A program made the translations under genes and the position numbers. A stretch of 64,000 bases of DNA from Parcubacteria group bacterium Gr01-1014_8 (GTDB lineage: Bacteria; Patescibacteriota; Minisyncoccia; Phycocordibacterales; UBA2100), in the NCBI GenBank assembly GCA_007376385.1, contig VMGC01000003.1:37271-101270 (forward strand). The letters run 5' to 3'. Numbering within the stretch: the first letter of the stretch is position 1; each line of letters opens with the position of its first letter. Shown in pieces: positions 1 to 6,525 of this stretch. A model generated the notes under the pieces. That model made no database searches. It saw nothing but the letters and a program-made list of their open reading frames with translations, and was not told the DNA's origin.

Positions 1-83
1 GCGCTTAAGCTTACTTAAAGACGTTACCTCAGACCTCCTTTCGTTTCCGGACTTTCAACCAATGTGAGCCATTATACCCTGTC

Positions 84-968
84 CTAGCGGGCATCCAAGG
101 ACTTTTCTGCATCAATGAAGGATTGTATGTCCCCTCCGAGCACTTTTTCAACGTCCCTGCGTTCATGCTCCGTTCTGTGGTCCTTCACCAATTGATATGG
201 ATGGAGCGTGTATGAACGGATCTGACTTCCCCATTCTATCTTTGTCGAAGTGCCTGCCGAAAGTCCTCGCGCCTCCTTATCTTGTGCTTCTTGCCGCATT
301 TTAAACAGTTTCCCTCGAAGCATTTCAAGCGCTTTTTCTCGATTTTGGAGTTGACTCCTCTCGCTCGTGACATGCACGGAGATTCCAGTCGGTTTATGTG
401 TCATTCGCACCGCCGTGTCCCGCTTGTTCACATTTTGTCCGCCTGGACCACCTGAACGTGCAACGGTAATTTCAAGCTCTTGCTCAGGAATGTGCGATTC
501 GCCGACATCGGGTAATTTCGGCAATATCTCAACTAACGAAAAAGAAGTTTGCCTCTTACCTGCAGAATTAAACGGGGACATGCGGACGAGTCTATGAACG
601 CCTGCCTCTCTTTTTAAAGCTCCGAAAACACCGGAGCCCGCTATCTCAAACGAGACGCTTCGGTATCCTCCCATTGTATTTTGATTTGAATCAATAAGTC
701 CTGCCTGCCATCCTTTAGATGCCGCATACTTTCCATACATTTCAAAAAGAATGCGCGAGAAATCCTCCGCATCGTCTCCCCCAGCTCCAGAAACTATCGA
801 CACTATCGCATCCCCTTTGTCGTAGCCTTCACTCCCTGCAAGCTGTTGTTTCAAATGTTGATACTCCTTCAATATTTCCTGCGCTTTATCTTTATTGCTC
901 CAAAAGTCCGGCGCTCTCATCGCTGTCTCAATATCCCCAATTCTTTTTTCGATAAGTTCTTTTTGCAT
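84..968 (-). CDS. prfB: peptide chain release factor 2 (compact form, no programmed frameshift visible)
   Basis: Translation carries the SPF tripeptide ([15 protein letters not shown]) and the GGQ motif ([11 protein letters not shown]). The N-terminus is about 23 aa shorter than E. coli RF2, and the ATG sits 2 nt after a tRNA 3' end. Confidence 0.85.
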   Translation of the reverse strand: MQKELIEKRIGDIETAMRAPDFWSNKDKAQEILKEYQHLKQQLAGSEGYDKGDAIVSIVSGAGGDDAEDFSRILFEMYGKYAASKGWQAGLIDSNQNTMGGYRSVSFEIAGSGVFGALKREAGVHRLVRMSPFNSAGKRQTSFSLVEILPKLPDVGESHIPEQELEITVARSGGPGGQNVNKRDTAVRMTHKPTGISVHVTSERSQLQNREKALEMLRGKLFKMRQEAQDKEARGLSAGTSTKIEWGSQIRSYTLHPYQLVKDHRTEHERRDVEKVLGGDIQSFIDAEKSLDAR

Positions 969-969
969 A

Positions 970-1045
970 TGGAGCCACCTCCCGGGCTTGAACCGGGGAC
1001 CTACCCCTTACGAAGGGGTTGCTCTACCAACTGAGCTAAGGTGGC
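970..1045 (-). tRNA. tRNA-Thr (anticodon CGU), CCA encoded
   Basis: Hand-folded cloverleaf: acceptor GCCACCT/AGGTGGC, D-arm GCTCAGTTGGTAGAGC, anticodon loop TTCGTAA, T-arm CCCGG-TTCAAGC-CCGGG. Confidence 0.85.
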
Positions 1046-1053
1046 GCAGGCCA

Positions 1054-1082
1054 ATCCTACGGCAATATAGCCACATTTTCAA
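1054..1082 (-). promoter_or_regulatory. sigma70-like promoter for tRNA-Thr(CGU): TTGAAA-N17-TAGGAT
   Basis: The minus-strand sense reads TTGAAA, a 17-nt spacer, then TAGGAT about 8 nt before the tRNA +1. The same GCCGTAGGAT core recurs upstream of the tRNA-like fragment at 1536-1550. Confidence 0.45.
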
Positions 1083-1102
1083 CGCAAACACTTTATACAC
1101 CG

Positions 1103-1438
1103 TTGACACCGTATCCGATTGTACTCGGTTATACTTACTATATGACTGATCGTAGTCGTATTAGACCTCTCGAACAAAAACATGCATATAAGTTTGGTGA
1201 TCTGGTTCGCTTAAGCTCCACAATTCCAGGATCAGTGCTACCACTTGTAACAGATCGCTTCCAGCCTGGAAAACCATACCGCGTCGTAGCAGTAAAAGAG
1301 CCGATGATCTACCTTATGCACCCAAACATCGAATTGAACCGTGCTATCAATTTTAATCCTGATACTGATGTAGATAAGCCACGGTACGGATTTATCAGAA
1401 ACATCGGCATCAACCTTATTGAGCCGATGCCCAACTGA
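1103..1438 (+). CDS. hypothetical protein (ATG start likely at 1142)
   Basis: ORF track 111 aa. It has no recognisable motifs, and its coding quality looks better than the overlapping minus-strand ORFs. Confidence 0.35.
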   Translation: MTPYPIVLGYTYYMTDRSRIRPLEQKHAYKFGDLVRLSSTIPGSVLPLVTDRFQPGKPYRVVAVKEPMIYLMHPNIELNRAINFNPDTDVDKPRYGFIRNIGINLIEPMPN

Positions 1439-1504
1439 CAAAGCGGAGCACCTCCACCCTCAGTCACAGGATGAGTTTTAATACACCGTCTTTTCTTTCT
1501 CATG

Positions 1505-1550
1505 AGCCACCATCCCATAAGGACCGCCCGCTCAACTGAGCTAAGGCGGC
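1505..1550 (-). pseudogene. tRNA-Thr-like pseudogene (5' acceptor and D-arm intact, rest degenerate) with its own promoter
   Basis: The minus-strand sense reads GCCGCCTTAGCTCAGTTG, nearly identical to the tRNA-Thr 5' end and followed by a GGTGGCTC remnant. No anticodon or T-arm can be folded. Confidence 0.5.
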
Positions 1551-1559
1551 AACTTCGTT

Positions 1560-1588
1560 ATCCTACGGCAGATTGGACTAATTTCCAA
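1560..1588 (-). promoter_or_regulatory. sigma70-like promoter (TTGGAA-N17-TAGGAT) driving the tRNA-like fragment
   Basis: Same architecture and shared TGCCGTAGGAT core as the tRNA-Thr(CGU) promoter at 1054-1082. Confidence 0.4.
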
Positions 1589-1620
1589 TTTTCGGAACAG
1601 AGACTTTCAATTGGTCTTAT

Positions 1621-2568
1621 CTATTCAGAAAGAACCTTCATGACACGGTCGACCACCGTGGCCCTTGTACCAAGAGCATAGTGTCCTACGCCTTCGATTA
1701 CGAAATACGGGACTTTGTTTTCTTTCAACGCAGGCCCTAGGAGATCGCTCGGATATAAATGATCCTTGTCCCCAATCCCGGCAGAGACGCGAACTCCCTT
1801 TTCGATAAGCGCCCTTACCATCGGCGCGACGTAAGTTACTGCGACCTCGTCAATTTGTGCTTCAGCACCGAGATCTCCACGCATGGTCTGTTGCATTCCG
1901 AACATCTCGTAATCTATCTCGGCGCTCGGCAAAAAAGACTTGTCGTGCTCCCCGCCTGGCATCATCCCCAACTGCCGTAATTTACTCTTGAGAAGGACCC
2001 CGAAATTAATCGATGCCGTCTTAAGACGAAGTGGGTCGTCGCCCTCAATCATTCCAGCAGGAGCATAGAGAAAGATCTTTCGAAAGAGCTCCGGTCGGAG
2101 CGTGGCGGCCAGCACTGCAGACACGGCACCCGCAGAATGGGCTATGACATCTATGGGTTGTGGTATGGCCAGGTTTTCCAACATCTCTATCGAACCAATG
2201 GCTCGTTTCACTTGAGCATCAGAAAAGACGCACTTTTCTTTTTTCCACTTCGCTAATTCCTTTTTCGCATTTTGTAATTTTTCTTCTCCTTTGAGCTTAT
2301 TCTTCGATCCGAACTGGTCAATTTCTACATTTTCTGCAGCAAAAAAAGATTTTCCCTTATTGTAAAGGCTTTCTAGAAATCCCTTATAGGTGGTGTATGA
2401 CAATCCTAGGCCGGGCAAGAAATATACTGTGGGATCGCTGGAATTTTCTGCTTGCATTAAAGTGTATCTGATTTCTTGATCGCCCACTCGAACACTATGT
2501 GTGCACTTGTGAAAGAGATCTCTGAAAGGATCTCCTAATGATTGCGGTTGTTCAAGTAGTGTGTGCAT
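1621..2568 (-). CDS. alpha/beta-hydrolase fold esterase/lipase
   Basis: GxSxG nucleophile elbow (IAHSAGAVSA). Length and hydrophobic core are typical of alpha/beta hydrolases. Confidence 0.7.
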   Translation of the reverse strand: MHTLLEQPQSLGDPFRDLFHKCTHSVRVGDQEIRYTLMQAENSSDPTVYFLPGLGLSYTTYKGFLESLYNKGKSFFAAENVEIDQFGSKNKLKGEEKLQNAKKELAKWKKEKCVFSDAQVKRAIGSIEMLENLAIPQPIDVIAHSAGAVSAVLAATLRPELFRKIFLYAPAGMIEGDDPLRLKTASINFGVLLKSKLRQLGMMPGGEHDKSFLPSAEIDYEMFGMQQTMRGDLGAEAQIDEVAVTYVAPMVRALIEKGVRVSAGIGDKDHLYPSDLLGPALKENKVPYFVIEGVGHYALGTRATVVDRVMKVLSE

Positions 2569-2725
2569 ACATTGAAATATTTGAGTCTCAATTGTACTCC
2601 ACTCGAACCTATTTTGCCGAACACTGCTGATGTCGCGTGCTCCGCGCGCGGAAATCCCATTCCCCCCTACGCGGCGCTTCGCGCCGCGCGTATTTCGGCC
2701 TCTGAAAAGCCATTGAGTTTGATTC

Positions 2726-3010
2726 TGGAGCCGATGTCCGGGATTGAACCGGAGACCTCGTTCTTCGCTTACACCTCTCCTTTAGATATTCGAGAGGGCT
2801 AGACTGTATCTTCCCCCCACTTTTTTTGAATTCTTAAAGTGGGGGACCCTTGTCAGTCGTTCGGGCGAATCAAGCAAAATGCTCGTCGCCACGGTCTGAA
2901 CCTTTCGAGGCCTTTAACCGTAATTCGGGATTCATTCAGACGTTACCGCCCGAATGGGCAGGGGTCTGCGACCCACCAAGAACGTGCTCTACCAACTGAG
3001 CTACATCGGC
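2726..3010 (-). tRNA. tRNA-Thr (anticodon GGU) interrupted by a group I intron. Exons about 3010-2975 and 2765-2726, CCA encoded.
   Basis: The 5' exon GCCGATGTAGCTCAGTTGGTAGAGCACGTTCTTGGT and the 3' exon AAGAACGAGGTCTCCGGTTCAATCCCGGACATCGGCTCCA join into a perfect cloverleaf with anticodon loop UUGGUAA. Confidence 0.7.
2766..2974 (-). ncRNA. group I self-splicing intron (about 209 nt) inserted between tRNA positions 36 and 37
   Basis: The intron follows an exon-terminal U and ends in G (omega-G). It contains R-like (GGTTCAGACCG) and S-like (AAGATACAGTCTAG) conserved group I elements and an AATCCCGAATTACGG P/Q-like segment. No ORF is inside. Confidence 0.6.
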
Positions 3011-3138
3011 TAAAACATTTGCTCCGCAAATGTTCGCCCGAACATTCGGGATTGAATGTTTTAGGGCCTATTGCGCTTATATCAGCGCAAATCGATACTA
3101 GCACGCACCCTCTAATTTCTCCATGATAAAATTGCCAT

Positions 3139-3360
3139 ATGACGGAAATAGAGAAACATCCGCTCAAATATTTGAGCGAAAATATGGGCGTCGCGCTTGG
3201 GCTCGTCTTGATATGGCGTGGCCTGTGGTACGGGCTCGACGCGATAGATATGTGGGTGTTTGGAGGTACGCACATGTTCACTGCTATTTTCGGCGTGCTG
3301 CTCGGGGTCCTTATTTTGTATCTTCCGCATCGCGATCTGAGTGCTCTTGAACGGCTGTAA
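3139..3360 (+). CDS. small hydrophobic membrane protein (hypothetical)
   Basis: 73-aa ORF with two predicted TM helices. Weak support. Confidence 0.3.
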   Translation: MTEIEKHPLKYLSENMGVALGLVLIWRGLWYGLDAIDMWVFGGTHMFTAIFGVLLGVLILYLPHRDLSALERL

Positions 3361-3396
3361 TATCTCTTTTCACGAAGTTGTCGTAAGATACTCCGA

Positions 3397-4638
3397 ATGG
3401 CTGTCGTAAATCCGTTCACGTCATATATTGAACGCCTCGCACGCGCTGCGCGCGCCTTGGGACTCTCGGAAGTCGAAAAAAAACGATTGTCAGAGCCAAA
3501 CAACATTGTAGATACTCAGATAGAACTTACGCGTGATAATGGAACAGTAGAAAGACTCCGCACCTACCGCGTACAATTCAATAATGCACGCGGGCCGTAT
3601 AAAGGCGGGATCCGCTTTCACAAGGCGGCGGACTTAGACGAAGTAAAGGCGCTGGCTGCGGCCATGGCAATAAAGTGTGCGGTAGTTGATATTCCGATGG
3701 GAGGCGCTAAAGGAGGTGTCCAATTTGACCCAAAGCAATATTCAGAAGCGGAAATAGAGCGAGTCGCACGAGCATTCATCCGAGCTATGGGTGATGCAAT
3801 CGGCGCCGACAAAGATATTCCCGCGCCAGACGTATACACCAACAGCAACATAATGGGCATCATGCTGGATGAGTTTCAAAAAATGCACGGCCGAAATGAA
3901 CCCGCCATGATAACGGGAAAGCCGCAGGGACTCGGCGGAATAGTCGGTCGTGACACAGCTACAGCACAAGGCGGTGTGTATGTGCTCGATTACTTTGTGA
4001 GTGCTCTTGGTTTCAAGAAAAAAGGTCTGCGCGTCGCAATACAAGGGTTTGGGAATGCGGGGGCTACCGCTGCAAAGATCTTGAGCGGAGATGGACACAG
4101 TATCGTCGGCATTTCCGATAGCAGCGGAGCTCTCCTATTCGAAACTGGGCTGGACATAGACAAACTCCTTCTTGAAAAAAACAAAAGCGGCGAGTTAAAA
4201 GATACGCGTGCAAGAATCGCAACAAATCAGGAGCTATTAGAAACGGACTGTGATGTTTTGATACCTGCCGCACTCGACAATCAACTGACCGTTGAAAATG
4301 CGCCTCGGGTAAAAGCAAAAATAATACTGGAATTGGCCAACGGGCCAACTACTCCGGAGGCGGACGTGATTTTCGGGCAACGAGACATTACTGTCATCCC
4401 CGATGTACTAACTAACGCGGGGGGAGTTACCGTATCCTATTTTGAATGGCTGCAAAATCGGGAAGGAAGCATCTGGTCGGAAGAAAAAGTACGCGAGCAA
4501 TTGAAAGAAATAATGACAAAAGCATCCGGCGTTCTATGGAAAAAATCAAAGGAACTGAATGTCCCCCTCCGAGATGCGGCGTTCCTTCTTGGCGTTGAAC
4601 GAATTGTGAGTGCTATGAGGACCCGGAGGGCTGTCTAA
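3397..4638 (+). CDS. gdhA: glutamate dehydrogenase (Glu/Leu/Phe/Val dehydrogenase family)
   Basis: Catalytic lysine box DIPMGGAKGGVQFDP, Rossmann motif GFGNAGATAA, 413 aa. Confidence 0.9.
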   Translation: MAVVNPFTSYIERLARAARALGLSEVEKKRLSEPNNIVDTQIELTRDNGTVERLRTYRVQFNNARGPYKGGIRFHKAADLDEVKALAAAMAIKCAVVDIPMGGAKGGVQFDPKQYSEAEIERVARAFIRAMGDAIGADKDIPAPDVYTNSNIMGIMLDEFQKMHGRNEPAMITGKPQGLGGIVGRDTATAQGGVYVLDYFVSALGFKKKGLRVAIQGFGNAGATAAKILSGDGHSIVGISDSSGALLFETGLDIDKLLLEKNKSGELKDTRARIATNQELLETDCDVLIPAALDNQLTVENAPRVKAKIILELANGPTTPEADVIFGQRDITVIPDVLTNAGGVTVSYFEWLQNREGSIWSEEKVREQLKEIMTKASGVLWKKSKELNVPLRDAAFLLGVERIVSAMRTRRAV

Positions 4639-4639
4639 C

Positions 4640-4657
4640 GCGCGAGTGAAGGGACTT
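4640..4657. repeat. 18-bp copy of the tRNA-Asp 3' end (T-stem 3' strand plus acceptor 3' strand)
   Basis: GCGCGAGTGAAGGGACTT here versus GCGCGGAGTGAAGGGACTT at 4796-4815 inside the tRNA-Asp gene. Confidence 0.5.
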
Positions 4658-4760
4658 TTTCTCCCCCGCTTTGCATTTGCAAAGCTCCTCCGAAACCGGC
4701 CGCCCTCGCTCGAACCAGTGGCGCTCGGGTCGGCTTCAAGTCCCGTTTTGCATAGCAAAA

Positions 4761-4787
4761 CAAAAGAGTCCCATAGTGGGACTCTTT
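4761..4787. terminator. bidirectional intrinsic terminator hairpin (AAAAGAGTCCCA-TAG-TGGGACTCTTTT)
   Basis: Perfect 12-bp stem with A/T runs on both sides, immediately 3' of tRNA-Asp. Confidence 0.55.
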
Positions 4788-4796
4788 TGTCTCGCT

Positions 4797-4871
4797 GCGC
4801 GAGTGAAGGGACTTGAACCCTCGACCTTTCCCGTGACAGGGGAACGCTCTAACCAGCTGAGCTACACCCGC
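4797..4871 (-). tRNA. tRNA-Asp (anticodon GUC)
   Basis: Acceptor GCGGGTG, D-arm GCTCAGCTGGTTAGAGC, anticodon loop CTGTCAC, T-arm GAGGG-TTCAAGT-CCCTT. The acceptor 3' strand CACTCCGC has one extra C (a bulge) compared with the remnant copy at 4640-4657. Confidence 0.7.
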
Positions 4872-4959
4872 AAGTGAGGAACAAAGAGATGCGTGCACGC
4901 TCTTTTTCCGGACGCCGCGGGTGCATCCTAAACACATCCCGCAAGGCCCGTACAATATA

Positions 4960-5223
4960 TCACTTACGCCTCTTTTTCAAACCTTTATGACCTAAGAGAT
5001 ATTTAACGACATCGATACCCGAAACAGCGGCCCACACGCTATTTGTGAGCATGAACGGAACTACTCCTTGATCATACGCGTAGACGAAAAGACCTACCCC
5101 ACTCACAAAATTGATGAAGTCATACCAAAAACTTTCCGCCTTAAGTTTGCCGTACTCGTTGGCGATAAACGCGGAAAGAGTAAGGAGGGCAGATGCAATG
5201 CCCAGGATTTCTATGCTACTCAC
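4960..5223 (-). CDS. small integral membrane protein (hypothetical, GTG start with AAGG SD)
   Basis: 87 aa with two TM segments and a K/R-rich tail. It starts about 20 nt downstream of tRNA-Met. Confidence 0.5.
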   Translation of the reverse strand: MSSIEILGIASALLTLSAFIANEYGKLKAESFWYDFINFVSGVGLFVYAYDQGVVPFMLTNSVWAAVSGIDVVKYLLGHKGLKKRRK

Positions 5224-5242
5224 CTTAGTATTCTACTACAGG

Positions 5243-5316
5243 TGCTGGGGGACGGGATCGAACCGTCGACCTAGCGCTTATGAAACGCTCGCTCTAACCG
5301 ACTGAGCTACCCCAGC
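5243..5316 (-). tRNA. tRNA-Met elongator (anticodon CAU). Could be tRNA-Ile2 if lysidinylated.
   Basis: Acceptor GCTGGGG/CCCCAGC, anticodon loop TTCATAA, T-arm GACGG-TTCGATC-CCGTC. Confidence 0.8.
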
Positions 5317-5357
5317 GTTTCGCCAGAATAGCATTTTTGACAGGCGACTCAACTATT

Positions 5358-5373
5358 TTGTTGCGGGGGCGGG
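5358..5373. repeat. 16-bp copy of the initiator tRNA 3' end (TTGTTGCGGGGGCGGG)
   Basis: Identical to 5557-5572, the 3' end of the tRNA-fMet gene. Confidence 0.5.
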
Positions 5374-5520
5374 CTTGGTCAGGAATAATTCGCTTGCCGA
5401 CGCAAGCGAATTTTCACGACCCTGGCTCGCAGTCTCGCGCGCGCTCGACATCGCTCCGCCTTGCAAGTCCCGACGAGAAGTGCGAAGGCACTTCTCTCCC
5501 CCGCACAACCCGATCACAGC

Positions 5521-5548
5521 AAAAAATCCGCGCGAGGCGGATTTTTTG
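5521..5548. terminator. bidirectional intrinsic terminator (AAAAAATCCGC-GCGAG-GCGGATTTTTT)
   Basis: Perfect GC-rich stem flanked by A6 and T6, directly 3' of tRNA-fMet. Confidence 0.6.
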
Positions 5549-5556
5549 CTGTACTT

Positions 5557-5629
5557 GTTGCGGGGGCGGGACTTGCACCCGCGACCTTCAGGTTATGAGC
5601 CTGACGAGCTACTACTGCTCCACCCCGCT
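5557..5629 (-). tRNA. initiator tRNA-fMet (anticodon CAU)
   Basis: Near-identical architecture to E. coli tRNAfMet (AGCGGGGTGGAGCAG...CTCATAA...CCCCCGCAAC) with an unpaired 1:72 (A:A). Confidence 0.8.
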
Positions 5630-5826
5630 ACAGATGATGATACCGCGATTGAGACTCCGAACGCAAGCGAATTTTATTTGCGACGTAGAGCGAGTGAAAT
5701 GCAAAAGAGCACTTTTGCATTTCCGAGCCGAGGAGCAAACACAGGTTCAATACCTCGCAGCTTTGCTGCGAGACAGGGCGAGCGAAGCGAGCTCCATAAT
5801 ACCTCGGGGCTTGCTCCGAGGGACCT

Positions 5827-6516
5827 TTATTCAATATATTTGAATTCTCTAAAAACGCGCTCATACATTCGTATCACGCGTTTTGCTTCGCGCGCATCAA
5901 GCTGAACATTTGCACTATCGTGCACAACACGATTTCTTATTTTGTGAGCTTCCCACGCGAAATCGATCGAATTGAATGCCTCAATAGGAATTTGCTTCAT
6001 TTTATCTGCCATTGTTTCCCCTTTATATCCGAGCACATCCAAGAGGTCATTCAGCATGATATCCGCTTCAAGTATGGCAAGCCGCCATTTTTCCACATCT
6101 TCTGAATTCACCTGCTCCCAAATTCGACGCCAGCGAAGCTGTGTCCTAGACAGATCTTGGCTGACAATTGGTCGAGCACCGGCAGCCATAGCTGTTCGCT
6201 CAATGCGGCGTATCTGCAGGATGCGCACAACGCAATAGATGATGCCGGCGCCAAGGACAAGTGAAAGAAATGTTGCAAGGGGAAATATCGGCCCCCAGAA
6301 ATTTAGGATCGTATCGACTGACCAGCCGGTCGTCACCTCCTGCTGTATCGACTGCACGATTGGCGTTGGCTCCGGATAGACACTGGGATCATAGGTAAAG
6401 GGCGAGGGCGGCGGTGCGTCTCCGTAGCCCGCATCATAGAACCACGCCAAGGTAACGCTCTCAAAAAAATGAACTACTGCCCAGTAGGCATCTCCAAGTG
6501 AACTTCCTCCATTCAT
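5827..6516 (-). CDS. membrane-anchored protein with a C-terminal HEPN-like helical domain (hypothetical)
   Basis: One central TM helix (FWGPIFPLATFLSLVLGAGIIYCVV). The C-terminal 110 aa carry an Rx4H motif (HKIRNRVVHDS). No family assignment is possible by eye. Confidence 0.5.
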   Translation of the reverse strand: MNGGSSLGDAYWAVVHFFESVTLAWFYDAGYGDAPPPSPFTYDPSVYPEPTPIVQSIQQEVTTGWSVDTILNFWGPIFPLATFLSLVLGAGIIYCVVRILQIRRIERTAMAAGARPIVSQDLSRTQLRWRRIWEQVNSEDVEKWRLAILEADIMLNDLLDVLGYKGETMADKMKQIPIEAFNSIDFAWEAHKIRNRVVHDSANVQLDAREAKRVIRMYERVFREFKYIE

Positions 6517-6525
6517 TCGCCTATT

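Noticed and set aside
84-1050. Looked for the canonical RF2 +1 programmed frameshift (CTT TGA C with upstream SD) at the 5' end of prfB
   Set aside because: The ORF starts with ATG immediately after the tRNA and is continuous. There is no in-frame TGA or frameshift heptamer, and the N-terminal region that normally contains it is absent.
1238-1518. Minus-strand ORFs 1238-1441 and 1309-1518 as genes
   Set aside because: They overlap the better-looking plus-strand ORF and are Arg/Gly/Cys-rich. They are kept only as a possible product of the pseudo-tRNA promoter transcript and are not called as CDS.
2563-3506. ORF-track entries 2563-2802(+), 2839-3126(+) and 2943-3506(-) as protein genes
   Set aside because: They lie entirely within the intron-containing tRNA-Thr gene and its GC-rich hairpins. 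Their translations are low-complexity (Arg/Ser/Pro-rich).
4635-4955. ORFs 4635-4955(-), 4671-4877(+) and 4546-4758(-) overlapping tRNA-Asp
   Set aside because: They overlap a well-folded tRNA and terminator hairpins and carry no coding signal.
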